Virus record (IMG/VR): IMGVR_UViG_3300048134_000195 | Location: 1 to 47,049 of that record | Strand: one strand, 5' to 3' | DNA: 47,049 nt | Origin: a virus | Shown: positions 7,168-16,634 of the stretch, piece by piece | How positions within the stretch are numbered: position 1 is the first letter of the stretch | How the letters are laid out: each line of letters begins with the position of its first letter | Position numbers and translations under genes: made by a program | Notes under the pieces: generated by a model | What the model was told of the DNA's origin: nothing | Seen by the model: only the letters and a program-made list of their open reading frames with translations | Database searches by the model: none

Positions 7168-7847
7168 CACTCACCGAGACTGCCAGCGAGCTGGTCGCGA
7201 ACAACCTCCAGATCGCCGCGCCCCTGGTTGCACTCGCCGTATCCTGGGTGCTCTACGGCATCCTGGGGAAACGCATGCTCGGCGCCGACGACGACTACTG
7301 GCCCGTCCTCCGCAACCGGCTCCTCCCAGTCCTCCACCGCCTCGGCGCAACCAGTGGGCTCTACGCCCAGGGCAAGGTCATCGAGGACGAATTCGTCGGC
7401 ACCGTCCAGATGACCGAGGACGAGTTCGAACGCGAGCTCGAAACCGCCGGCTTCTACCGCAACCCCCTCTCCGCCGTCAAACGATCGCCGAACGGCTGGG
7501 AGAGTGACGGCTCGTGGGCCCGCCGCTACGGACGCATCGGCTGGCTCGCCGACGCCCTGCGCTCCCTGCAGATCCCGGTCGCCGGCCCGCCCGGCCGGAT
7601 GCTCGGCCGATTCCTCGCCGCAGCCGGCGACATCACGGCACGCCGCCAGACCGACGTCACCATCTTCACGCAGACCCGCGACGGGGGCACGACGATCTGG
7701 GTGTTCGCCCACGACGAACCCAACAGTCTGAACCCCGGGACTGCGTGGGCGCACTACGTCGCCAAGTCCTGGAACGCCCAGCGTGGCGTCAAGGAAGTTC
7801 GCGGCGTCCTCGAGGACCGCAACATCGACTACCAGACCGAGGTCTGA
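7164..7847 (+). CDS. N-terminally anchored membrane protein (227 aa), function unknown
   Basis: Track ORF with ATGA overlap. One hydrophobic helix, IAAPLVALAVSWVLYGIL, followed by a soluble domain. Confidence 0.65.
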   Translation: MTLTETASELVANNLQIAAPLVALAVSWVLYGILGKRMLGADDDYWPVLRNRLLPVLHRLGATSGLYAQGKVIEDEFVGTVQMTEDEFERELETAGFYRNPLSAVKRSPNGWESDGSWARRYGRIGWLADALRSLQIPVAGPPGRMLGRFLAAAGDITARRQTDVTIFTQTRDGGTTIWVFAHDEPNSLNPGTAWAHYVAKSWNAQRGVKEVRGVLEDRNIDYQTEV

Positions 7848-7850
7848 CCG

Positions 7851-8039
7851 ATGGGCTACGACTACACCTGCGACAAGTGCGACTTCGAGGGCGAAGACCC
7901 CGGGTTCCTCGCCACCTTCAACAAGCGGTCCTGGACGACAACCCCGTTCGGCGAATTCATGCAGGACCACGGCTACGAGCTCGGGGACACAATCACGCTC
8001 TGCCCCGACTGCGTCAAAGGCATCCTCACCGATGGCTGA
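7851..8039 (+). CDS. Zn-ribbon protein (62 aa)
   Basis: Track ORF with CDKC ... CPDC. Confidence 0.6.
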   Translation: MGYDYTCDKCDFEGEDPGFLATFNKRSWTTTPFGEFMQDHGYELGDTITLCPDCVKGILTDG

Positions 8040-8325
8040 CCCACGCGCCGCAGGCCGACACATCTTCTGGGAACGCCGCGACAAAGACCGCTACCGCTGC
8101 CCCGGATGCGGCCGTGGCCGCTCTGAAGTCACCGCCTTCCACGTCCACCACCTCGACGGCAACAAGGAAAACAACCGCCCCTCCAACCTCATCGCCCTCT
8201 GCGAACCCTGCCACCTCGGCGGCGAACACGACCTCGACGTCGACGACCCCCGCCTCCAACCACCCACGCCATCCTCGACGAACCCACCGAAACCCATCGT
8301 TTCACCCCCGTCTCCCGACCAGTAG
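8032..8325 (+). CDS. HNH endonuclease (97 aa)
   Basis: Internal ATG 8032 of track ORF 7783..8325, 8-nt overlap upstream. Motif CPGCGR..FHVHHLDGNKENNRPSNLIALCEPCH. Confidence 0.85.
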   Translation: MADPRAAGRHIFWERRDKDRYRCPGCGRGRSEVTAFHVHHLDGNKENNRPSNLIALCEPCHLGGEHDLDVDDPRLQPPTPSSTNPPKPIVSPPSPDQ

Positions 8326-8361
8326 ACGGCGCTCTGTTGCTGCACGAAACAACTCAACCCC

Positions 8362-8946
8362 ATGGACGTCTCCGAAGAAGATCTGATTGGCGAGCCGCTC
8401 GACCAGGTACCGGTCCAGGATTCGACCGATGAATCTTGCATGGGGCGGCGGTGGGAGCGCCGGGACGGGGAGAAGGTGTTCGTCGGGTACTGTGGGGCGT
8501 GGCCAGGCAAGGGCACGGACGACGTCGGCGAGGGCCGCTGCTCGAAACACGGTGGGGCTGGCGGTGCTCCCGAGGACAACGACAACGCCGAGGGGAACGA
8601 CGGTGGCGCGCCCGAGGACAACGACAACGCCGCCGACCACGGCGCGTACTCGGAGAAGTTCCTCGAGGGGTTCGTCGGCCCGGACGGGAAGGACCGCATC
8701 AAGGAGGGATTCGAGCTCTCGAAGACGTCCGAGGGCGCGCAGGATCAGGCGCGCTTGATGGCGCAGGTCGCCGCGGAGAAGTTCCGCCTCACCGGCGACG
8801 AGCGATTCCTCCGCCGATACGAGTCGATCTGTGACAAGGCGGGCATCTTCCCGAACGAGGAGCTGGACGTCAACCACAACGGCATCGAGGACGCGTTCAT
8901 GGGGAACCTGAAGGACTACCACGAGGATGACGATGTCGACGAGTGA
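8362..8946 (+). CDS. terS: Terminase small subunit candidate (194 aa)
   Basis: Lies directly upstream of, and overlaps, terL. Motif GRCSKHGGAGGAPEDNDNA..HGAYS. The call rests mainly on position. Confidence 0.55.
   Translation: MDVSEEDLIGEPLDQVPVQDSTDESCMGRRWERRDGEKVFVGYCGAWPGKGTDDVGEGRCSKHGGAGGAPEDNDNAEGNDGGAPEDNDNAADHGAYSEKFLEGFVGPDGKDRIKEGFELSKTSEGAQDQARLMAQVAAEKFRLTGDERFLRRYESICDKAGIFPNEELDVNHNGIEDAFMGNLKDYHEDDDVDE
8569..8632 (+). repeat. In-frame duplication inside the terS candidate: a 22-nt exact repeat with 42-nt period
   Basis: cccgaggacaacgacaacgccg at 8569-8590 and again at 8611-8632. Peptide GGAPEDNDNA occurs twice. Confidence 0.9.
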
Positions 8947-10594
8947 CCACCTCGGCCACGACCGCGGCGACGCGCATACCAGCGACGTCGACGCGCCGAA
9001 GCCCCCCGCGCACTACGCTCGCCGGGCGGACGCGGGCGACGAGACGTGGATCGAAGACGCCATCGAGGACTACCTCGGGATTCGCCTCGGCCACACCCAG
9101 CGCCGAATCTGTCGCGCCGTCGCGACCAACCACCAGGTGCTCGTCGTCTCCGCAAACTCCCTCGGGAAGTCCTACATCCTCGCCGCCATCACGATCGTCT
9201 GGCTGCTCTGCCGGTACCCCGCCGTGTCGTTCGCGACGTCAGGGACCGAGCGGAAGATGAAGCGGACGTACTGCAAGCCCGTTGAAGCACTCCACGGGGA
9301 TGGCCGCATCCCGCTCCCCGGCGAGTACAAGAGCCGGCCGGAACGCATCGAATTCGATGACGACCCCGAGCACTTCTTCGAAGCCTCCAGCCCACGGGAC
9401 GCCGGCGAGCTCGAGGGCGTCCACGCCGCGTACACGCTGGCGATCATCGAGGAGGCGGACAAGTCAGCCGTCGACGAGGACGTCATCGAGGCGATGCGGT
9501 CGCTCGCGAGCGACGACCGCGACCGCCTGATCGCCATCGCAAACCCACCCGAGGACGAGACGAACTCGATCTACCCCCTGATGGACGACCACCCGAACTG
9601 GGAGGTCATCCGCTTCTCAACGTTCGACTCCCACAACGTCCAGATCGACACCGGACGGACGTCCGGCCGGAAGATCGACGGGATCGCGGACATCTCGAAG
9701 CTCCAAGACGACTGGGTCGAGTTCAACGGCTCCGAGTGGCCCGGCTATGAGGACGCCCTCCGGATGTCCGCACCCCGAATCGACGAGGACGGCAACTACG
9801 TCTTCGTCGACGACGACACTCTCCCGCGGAACCCTGACTTCGAGGAGAACCTCTCCAAGCGCTGGTTCCGACGTCGCGCCGGCATCATGCCCCCGGCAGG
9901 CGCCAGCGTCAACCGCCCGTTCACGGTCGCCGACGTCAACTCGGCCTGGGAACGCGGCGACCTCCTCCAGGACGAACTCGACCGCGGCGACTTCGTGCTG
10001 CCGCCGGCGACCAGCTCGGGGATCGACGTCGCGCGGAGTGGCGACCAGACGGTGCTCGCGACGATCCACGAGAACGTGATGGTCATCCACTACAGCGAAC
10101 GCGGCACGAACCACACCGACCAGAGTGCTGCCCTCGAGGACATCCTCGTCGAGATGCAGCGCCACCCGATTGCAATCGACTTCATCGGCCACGGCAGCGC
10201 CGTCCACGACAACCTCCAGGAGTCACTCCCCGACGTCGGGAAGTTCGAAGCCGGCTCGACAGCGTGCCAGCCGACGGACTACCGCGACAAGTGGGCTGAG
10301 GGCATGGCACTCCTGGGAGAGTGGCTGGAGGACGGCGGCATCATCCTCGACCGGACGCTCCGGACGCAGATGCTGGCCGGCGCTCGCGAGCTCGAGTTCG
10401 AGGAGAAGTTCATCGGGAGCCGTGGCGAGGACGGCGAGAAGGTCTACACGCTCTCGTCGAAGGACGACATCAAGGATCGCCTCGACGAGGGGTCGCCGGA
10501 CTACCTCGACGCCGCGATGCAGGCGGCGTGGGCGGCCTCCGATGACACGGCGTTCGAGGACTCTGCCGGCGACAGCTGGCTGATTACTCAGTAA
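8927..10594 (+). CDS. terL: Terminase large subunit (555 aa)
   Basis: Track ORF. Walker A-like VVSANSLGKSY and Walker B-like LAIIEEAD. Size and position upstream of the portal fit. Confidence 0.85.
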   Translation: MTMSTSDHLGHDRGDAHTSDVDAPKPPAHYARRADAGDETWIEDAIEDYLGIRLGHTQRRICRAVATNHQVLVVSANSLGKSYILAAITIVWLLCRYPAVSFATSGTERKMKRTYCKPVEALHGDGRIPLPGEYKSRPERIEFDDDPEHFFEASSPRDAGELEGVHAAYTLAIIEEADKSAVDEDVIEAMRSLASDDRDRLIAIANPPEDETNSIYPLMDDHPNWEVIRFSTFDSHNVQIDTGRTSGRKIDGIADISKLQDDWVEFNGSEWPGYEDALRMSAPRIDEDGNYVFVDDDTLPRNPDFEENLSKRWFRRRAGIMPPAGASVNRPFTVADVNSAWERGDLLQDELDRGDFVLPPATSSGIDVARSGDQTVLATIHENVMVIHYSERGTNHTDQSAALEDILVEMQRHPIAIDFIGHGSAVHDNLQESLPDVGKFEAGSTACQPTDYRDKWAEGMALLGEWLEDGGIILDRTLRTQMLAGARELEFEEKFIGSRGEDGEKVYTLSSKDDIKDRLDEGSPDYLDAAMQAAWAASDDTAFEDSAGDSWLITQ

Positions 10595-10596
10595 CC

Positions 10597-12183
10597 ATGA
10601 GTCTACGCGAATCACTTCGAGACCGAGTTGAACAACTGGCTCCCGGCGACGGCGACGAGACTGCAGAACCCGATCCTCGAGGTGAACACCGTCGCGTCAC
10701 CACGACCGAACGCGACGACGAGGGCATCGTCTCCTGGGTGCTCGGCTACGCCAGCCCCAGCCCCAGCACCGACGCGGTCTCCCCCGAGCACCGAGACGCC
10801 CCCGTCACCATCGCATCGAACTGGGAGAACTACTACCAGGACTTCGCGCTCACCCGCGCCCCACTCCACCTCTTCGACGAGGCCGTCATCGAGCCCGGGT
10901 ACAAGATCCGCGTCGAAGACGCATCCGGCGAGCGCGACCGCGACATGGAGGAAGCGCTCGACCTCTGGGCGTCGAACTGCGTCATCCACGCCGGCGAACT
11001 CGGCCATGACCTCCGGAAGCTCCTCGGGTCACTCCCCTCGAAACGCCGTGGGAAAGGCACCGTCCTGATCGAGAAGGTCGGCACCAGCACCGACCCCGAC
11101 GCGATGGTCGCGCTGATGTCCCTCGACCCGTCGACGTTCAAGATGCACACCCGCCCCCGGCAGCCCATCCTCATCCAGCCCGACGACGCCGTCGACACCA
11201 ACCACCCACGAACGCCGTCGGGGAAGGCGGCCGCGTACACGCAGTACCACCAGGACGTCCCCGGGCATGGCGAGAAGGACCCGATTCACTTCGCGACGAC
11301 CGACATCCTGAAGCTGACCTACGACGCCGACGACGGCGAGGTCTGGGGGACATCGCTGTTCGACGCGATCTCCGACCGGATCGACGCGCTCCGCCAGAAG
11401 CTCAAGGACCGCGACTTCGCCATCCGCCAGACCGGCTACCCGCACCGGATCTACTCCTCGAAGAACTGGACGCAGGACGAAGCCGAAGCGTACGCGGAAG
11501 CGCACAAGGACGGCGACGTCTCCAGCGAGTACGGCCCCGAGGACGACGACGATGACCGCGGCGGGGAGAAGAACTCGTTCGCCGGGCGCGTCGACTTCGT
11601 CCCGGACGAAGTGGACGTCCAGGTCGAATCCGGGACCGTCCCGGACTTGGAGAGCGCGATCCGGGATGACGTCGAGCAGATCTTCTCGGTGATGCCGGTC
11701 GGAAAGTACCAGATTGCGTACGCCGACGACCTGAACCAGTTCGTCGTCGACCCGCAGCGCGAGCAAGACAAGGAGGCCGTCGACTCCGAACGCCAGTATC
11801 TGGAACGGAAGTTCGAGCCGATCATCAAGGAGAAAGCCGACGAGCTCGCGAACGGCGACCAGTACGATGGCACTGTCTCCCTGACGATCGAGCCACCGGA
11901 GGACGAGAACCCGCTGCGGCGGGAGAGCTTCCCGGCGGACAACCTGGAGGCGTTCGCGAACGCGTGGAAGGCGTTCAAGTCCAGCGGCGCCGAGCAGGAC
12001 CTGCCCGCTGCCGCGTTCGCAGAGTTCGCCGGGTTCGACCTCGAGGAGAAACAGCAGGAGTACGACTGGGAGGCTGACCCGCTCGAAATCGCTGACGAAG
12101 ACGACACGCAGGAAGCGATGGACGAGGTCGCCCCCGACAATACCGACGACGAGAGCGTGGGGGAGGAGGACGACACTGCATGA
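10597..12183 (+). CDS. Portal protein (528 aa)
   Basis: Track ORF. Size and position between terL and the Mu F-like gene. Acidic C-terminal tail. Confidence 0.75.
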   Translation: MSLRESLRDRVEQLAPGDGDETAEPDPRGEHRRVTTTERDDEGIVSWVLGYASPSPSTDAVSPEHRDAPVTIASNWENYYQDFALTRAPLHLFDEAVIEPGYKIRVEDASGERDRDMEEALDLWASNCVIHAGELGHDLRKLLGSLPSKRRGKGTVLIEKVGTSTDPDAMVALMSLDPSTFKMHTRPRQPILIQPDDAVDTNHPRTPSGKAAAYTQYHQDVPGHGEKDPIHFATTDILKLTYDADDGEVWGTSLFDAISDRIDALRQKLKDRDFAIRQTGYPHRIYSSKNWTQDEAEAYAEAHKDGDVSSEYGPEDDDDDRGGEKNSFAGRVDFVPDEVDVQVESGTVPDLESAIRDDVEQIFSVMPVGKYQIAYADDLNQFVVDPQREQDKEAVDSERQYLERKFEPIIKEKADELANGDQYDGTVSLTIEPPEDENPLRRESFPADNLEAFANAWKAFKSSGAEQDLPAAAFAEFAGFDLEEKQQEYDWEADPLEIADEDDTQEAMDEVAPDNTDDESVGEEDDTA

Positions 12184-13304
12184 GCGCGACACCCGCCTCC
12201 GACGACGCCGGCCTCTGGGACACCATCAGTGGGCCGTCCACCGTCGACGAGCTCGGCGAGCAGTTAGCGGCCGGCGCCGAACAGCTCCAGGACACCGAGC
12301 ACGCCCACCCGACGAAGTCCGGGGGCGGGCACGCGAACGACCCGTCGAAGACCACGACCGTCCAGCGGAAGTACGCCCAGCGACTCCGCGGGCGCTTCGC
12401 GAACATCCGCGCGGAGATCCGCCGCGGCATCGCTGACCGCGACGTCCTCGGCCTCCAGGACGACGATGACGGCGAGGGCACGTCGCTGGCGGACCTCCTC
12501 GCCGCCGACGACGCCCCTGGTGATGTTCGCGAGCGGTTCGTCGAACTGCTCGCCACGCAAGAGTACGGTGCCGCTGGGGATCTCGTTGAGCAGCTGGCGT
12601 CGGACTTCGACCCCGAGGACCTCGTCACCCGGGACTTCGAGTTCGACCAGCTGGCGCGCAAGCACGAGGAGTTCATGTCGTGGCTGCGCACCCAACAGGA
12701 AGCGGGCGTCCTCGACGTGATCTCCCGGAACGGCAACACGTACGTGCGGTCGGCGTACGAGCGCGGAGTTCGGAACGCGAACAACTGGATGGACGCCGAC
12801 GACGTCGACGAAGACGTCGCGGCTGCCCTCCGGCAGCCCATCCACCAGGACCGCCTGTCTCTCCTCTACGAGCGGAACTTCGAGGCACTCCAGGGCATCA
12901 CCCAGGACGTCTCGCGAGAGATCTCCCGGGAGCTCGCGGAGGGGCTGGCCGAGGGCGTCAACCCGGACGAGATGGCGCGCCGACTCACCGGCCGCGTCGA
13001 CGCAATCGGTCGGACGCGCGCGACGACGCTCGCCCGGACGGAGATCTTGTACTCGCACAACGAGGCGACCATCAGCCAGTACGAGCGCGTGCTCGGGTCG
13101 GACATCGACGTCGAGATTCAGGCGGAGGTCTCGACGGCTGGTGACCGGCACGTCTGTGACATCTGTGAGCCCTGGGACGGCCGCACACTCCCCCTCGATG
13201 AGGCTCGCAGCGACGGGCCGCCGTTCCACCCGAGATGCCGGTGCATCGTCCGGCCGAAGACGCCGACGTCGTCTCAGACGGCGTCGACGCCGGCAGCATC
13301 CTGA
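12180..13304 (+). CDS. Head morphogenesis protein, SPP1 gp7 / Mu F family (374 aa)
   Basis: Track ORF with ATGA overlap. C-terminal signature DRHVCDICEPWDGRTLPLDEA..PPFHPRCRCIVRP. Confidence 0.8.
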   Translation: MSATPASDDAGLWDTISGPSTVDELGEQLAAGAEQLQDTEHAHPTKSGGGHANDPSKTTTVQRKYAQRLRGRFANIRAEIRRGIADRDVLGLQDDDDGEGTSLADLLAADDAPGDVRERFVELLATQEYGAAGDLVEQLASDFDPEDLVTRDFEFDQLARKHEEFMSWLRTQQEAGVLDVISRNGNTYVRSAYERGVRNANNWMDADDVDEDVAAALRQPIHQDRLSLLYERNFEALQGITQDVSREISRELAEGLAEGVNPDEMARRLTGRVDAIGRTRATTLARTEILYSHNEATISQYERVLGSDIDVEIQAEVSTAGDRHVCDICEPWDGRTLPLDEARSDGPPFHPRCRCIVRPKTPTSSQTASTPAAS

Positions 13305-13410
13305 CCGGCGCGACGGACCACGGCCACCGCCTGTCGGACTTCTTCTCACGACGCTGGGTCGAGGAGAGCCGGGTTCAACTCCCGGAGGCGGCCTGCAGGA
13401 ATGACCTGAC

Positions 13411-15018
13411 ATGACCACTCCCCACGACGAAAAGCACGCCGAGACACTCGCTGGTGGCGTCGCCTCATTCGACGAGGACGACGACAAGGACCGACAGGTC
13501 CGAATCGTCCCGCTTGGAGAGGGCGACACCACTCGCGGTGGCTCGGGCAAAGAGACGTACTGGGACCGGGAAATCCTGAAGGAGGGCGTCGAAAGCGGCG
13601 CGTTCGACGATGCGAAACTCCTCAAGGGACGTCCCGGCGAGGGCCACAAGGACATGCTCGAGCAGGCGGACCCTGACGAAATCGCCGGGTCCGCCGGCAC
13701 GTTCGAGTACGAAGACGGCGTCGGGCCAGTCTCCGAGAACGCCGAGGTCCTCGACGACCACCTGGCCGACCTCGTCGACGCCGGCCTCGTCGAAGTCAGC
13801 CCCGACATGTGGCGCGTCCTCGGCGACTACGACGAGGAACTCGGCGCCTACCGCGTCGAGGAGATCCTCGACGTCCCCTACATCACCATCCTTGACCGTG
13901 GCGCGTCAGCGGGCGCGTCCATCGAGCCAGCCGACGCCGGCACCGAGGCGCTCGCCGGCTTCGCTAGCTGGCACGACCGCGTCGACGAACTCGCGGAAAC
14001 ACTGGGTGTGCCATCCGAGCAGGTCCAGGAGGAGATCGACGCTGGTCGCGACGTCGAGGTGTCCGTCGAGCAGCTCTCCCGGATGTTCACGCTCCGGTTC
14101 AACGCGTACGGGGAGATGTTTGGTGACGAGTTCCTCGACGAAGCGGTGGCGGGCCTCGAAGCGATCGAGGGCATCTCCGCGACGCGCAGTCAGGACAACG
14201 ACAACCCCGAACTCATCGCTGTCGTCGACCGCGAGGCGGTCGCGTCGCTCGACGAACTGAACGACGAGATCGTCACCGCCCTCCAGGACACTCCGTTCGA
14301 GGTCCACGACGACTACGACTGGATCGAGGACGTCGCCTGGGAGGGCCTTGCTGGCGACATCGAGGATCGAGTAGTGAACGAGCGGGCGGAATCCCGTGTG
14401 GACTCCGGCACCGGGCAGTCCGGTACCAGCGGTACTTCAACTCAGAACATGGCAGACCCCGACGACCTTCAGGAGCAGCTTGCTGAGGTCCGGTCCGAGC
14501 GAGACAGTCTCGCCGACGAGACCGACGACCTCGAAGAGCAGCTCTCCGAGAAAGAGGAAACGATCGACGAATACGAGGAGCGCATCGAGCAGCTCGAGGA
14601 CGAAGTCGACCCGCTCGTCGAGATGCTCGCTGAACTGGCGGCCGAGGACTCGCCGCTCCAGGCCGAGCAGCTCGCCGAACGCTTCGACCCGAGCGAGCTC
14701 GTCGAATCGCTGGCGCTCGACGCCGGCTGGACCGAAGAGGACGACGAGGACCCAGTCGACATCGTTCGCGAGCAGCTCGCTGGCTCGCCCAACCCTCGCG
14801 GCGAGAGCGACCCCGAGGGCACGCCCGGCGACGGCCCCGGCGAGGAAGCACTCGAGCACGCCGAGCAGCTCGCCGGCGAAGTGATGACGGCGTCCGACAC
14901 GCTCGCTGCTGACGACTCGAACTACGAGTACCTCAAGCAGGAGTACGACGTCGACGCCACGGAGTACGACAACGTCGAACAGCTCCGCGCGGCCGTCCGC
15001 GACAGTGGGGGTGACTGA
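13411..15018 (+). CDS. Scaffolding / prohead-protease-like protein with an acidic coiled coil (535 aa)
   Basis: Track ORF positioned before the decoration and capsid genes. Heptad-like LQEQLAEVRSERDSLADETDDLEEQLSEKEETIDEYEERIEQLEDE. Confidence 0.55.
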   Translation: MTTPHDEKHAETLAGGVASFDEDDDKDRQVRIVPLGEGDTTRGGSGKETYWDREILKEGVESGAFDDAKLLKGRPGEGHKDMLEQADPDEIAGSAGTFEYEDGVGPVSENAEVLDDHLADLVDAGLVEVSPDMWRVLGDYDEELGAYRVEEILDVPYITILDRGASAGASIEPADAGTEALAGFASWHDRVDELAETLGVPSEQVQEEIDAGRDVEVSVEQLSRMFTLRFNAYGEMFGDEFLDEAVAGLEAIEGISATRSQDNDNPELIAVVDREAVASLDELNDEIVTALQDTPFEVHDDYDWIEDVAWEGLAGDIEDRVVNERAESRVDSGTGQSGTSGTSTQNMADPDDLQEQLAEVRSERDSLADETDDLEEQLSEKEETIDEYEERIEQLEDEVDPLVEMLAELAAEDSPLQAEQLAERFDPSELVESLALDAGWTEEDDEDPVDIVREQLAGSPNPRGESDPEGTPGDGPGEEALEHAEQLAGEVMTASDTLAADDSNYEYLKQEYDVDATEYDNVEQLRAAVRDSGGD

Positions 15019-15020
15019 CG

Positions 15021-15473
15021 ATGGTGCAAGGAGACCTCCGCCTCGCCGACCCCGGCCAGGACCTCGACGTCGACGTCATCGCGGACCCCGACGGCACGGT
15101 CGCTGACCGTGGTGACCCCGTCGAGATTGCCGGTGAGGCCAACGGGCGGACGCAAGTCCAGCTCGTCACAACCCCGGGCGACGGCATCGGCTCCCTCAAG
15201 AGCGCGCCCGCCGTCGACGACGGAGACTACGCGGCCGGCGAGGTCGCAGGGAAGGGCACCGCGCTCGCGCAGGGCCCGGTCGACTGGTATGCGGACGCCT
15301 CCGGTGGCGCCGTGTCGCCGGGCGACCTCGTCGTGCTGACGGGGACGGGTGTTCGCGCCTACGACTCCGCCGGCGGCGACACGCCCGACATGATTCTCGG
15401 CCGTGTCTTCGCGACCGGGACTCGCGCCAGCGCTGAAACTGCGAACAAGGTGGCTGTGCTGCGCCACCACTAA
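15021..15473 (+). CDS. Head decoration / DUF2190-like protein (150 aa)
   Basis: Track ORF, a small Gly/Asp-rich protein immediately upstream of the major capsid gene. Confidence 0.5.
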   Translation: MVQGDLRLADPGQDLDVDVIADPDGTVADRGDPVEIAGEANGRTQVQLVTTPGDGIGSLKSAPAVDDGDYAAGEVAGKGTALAQGPVDWYADASGGAVSPGDLVVLTGTGVRAYDSAGGDTPDMILGRVFATGTRASAETANKVAVLRHH

Positions 15474-15486
15474 CTACTGACTGAAC

Positions 15487-16626
15487 ATGGCACGACTTAG
15501 CTTCAAGAAGGCCGGTCTACTCTCGCCGAAGACGCTGCGCGAGGAGATCGTTCAAGACATCGACCAGATGGATGAGATTCAGGGTGAGAACGTCGCCAGC
15601 GCGAACAGCGAGTTCGCTGCTGTCGACCTCGACGCCCCTGAAGAGAACTACTTCCAGATCGGCGGCGCCGTCGCCCCGATGCGTGAAGTCGACCGTGCGG
15701 CCGAATCCCCGATCGGCACGCTCGGCGACATCAACCAGAAGGACATCACGACCTACTCGTTCAAGGAGAAGCTCGCACCCGAGAAGGAGACGGACGCGAA
15801 GCTCAACAGCGAGCGCGAAATCCTCTCGCTGTACCGCTGGGGCGCGAACCAGCTCCGCGCATCGCTGTTCCTCACGCGCGAGCAGGTCACCTGGCGCGGC
15901 ACCGGAAGCGTCGACGGGTTCATCGGCCAGGACGGCCAGACGCCCCACGGGGACATCCCGGTCGACAACGTCATCGACCCGGACAACGCGTACAGCGACC
16001 GCGCGAACTCGACGCCGTACCAGAACTTCTCGTACGCCTCGTACCTGCTGAACGAGGCCGACCAGACGTTCATGAACTCCCAGGTCACCAGCGACGCGGT
16101 CGGATACGTGTCGCCGAGCGCCTGGCACGACATCAAGAACAACGACGACATGAAGGCCCGGTTCTCCGGCGTCGAAGTGCGTGGCCTGAGCGGCAGTCAG
16201 GTCCGCCGCCTCGTCGACGAGGAGATCCCGGAGATCCGCATGGTCAAGGTCAAGCTCCCCCGGCAGGACGCCAACGGAAACTACCTCGACGAAGCCGGCA
16301 ACATCGTCGAGGACGTCGACAACGCGGCGATGGACAACGTCCTCGAGCCGTACGACCCCGCCGCGGGCGAGCAGGTGCGGAACATCGTCATCGGGCGGCC
16401 CGGCCCGGGGTCGGCGTTCCTCCCGTGGTTCGGCGAGAACATGGGCGCGTTCGACGAGCCGGACGCGCCGTCGACGGACGGCGGGTTCGCTGTCGACGAG
16501 AATCGTGGCTTCGGGACGCAGACGTGGATCGGGGACGACCCGGCCGTCACCTGGCTGAAGGGCTTCCAGGACATCGGCTTCCACCTGATGCTCCCCGAGC
16601 AGTGGGTCGTCATCCGGGACATCTGA
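15487..16626 (+). CDS. Major capsid protein (379 aa)
   Basis: Track ORF. Size and position after scaffold and decoration genes. No catalytic motifs. Confidence 0.75.
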   Translation: MARLSFKKAGLLSPKTLREEIVQDIDQMDEIQGENVASANSEFAAVDLDAPEENYFQIGGAVAPMREVDRAAESPIGTLGDINQKDITTYSFKEKLAPEKETDAKLNSEREILSLYRWGANQLRASLFLTREQVTWRGTGSVDGFIGQDGQTPHGDIPVDNVIDPDNAYSDRANSTPYQNFSYASYLLNEADQTFMNSQVTSDAVGYVSPSAWHDIKNNDDMKARFSGVEVRGLSGSQVRRLVDEEIPEIRMVKVKLPRQDANGNYLDEAGNIVEDVDNAAMDNVLEPYDPAAGEQVRNIVIGRPGPGSAFLPWFGENMGAFDEPDAPSTDGGFAVDENRGFGTQTWIGDDPAVTWLKGFQDIGFHLMLPEQWVVIRDI

Positions 16627-16634
16627 GGTGACCG

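Noticed and set aside
8569-8632. Possible CRISPR-like or iteron repeat (22-mer x2).
   Set aside because: There are only two copies, in frame inside a coding sequence with a 42-nt period. It is a codon-level duplication. No CRISPR array exists anywhere in the window.
13369-13385. tRNA-like T-arm (ccggg-ttcaact-cccgg) in the 106-nt gap between the Mu F-like and scaffold genes, followed by aggcggc, which can pair with accgcct upstream.
   Set aside because: Only 36 nt lie between the putative acceptor 5' strand and the T-arm, where about 41-42 are needed. No D-arm or anticodon arm can be drawn, and the first acceptor pair is mismatched. It is more likely a simple hairpin, and at most a tRNA-fragment relic.
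12264-13808. 514-aa minus-strand ORF, the longest antisense ORF. Similar ones are at 27307..28677 (-), 20604..21788 (-), 11029..12192 (-), 7074..8084 (-), 5429..6553 (-) and 2601..3650 (-).
   Set aside because: All lie antisense to plus-strand genes with recognisable motifs. They are Arg/Pro/Gly/Ser-rich and non-acidic, unlike every credible protein here. They are the expected stop-poor shadows of a ~65% G+C genome.
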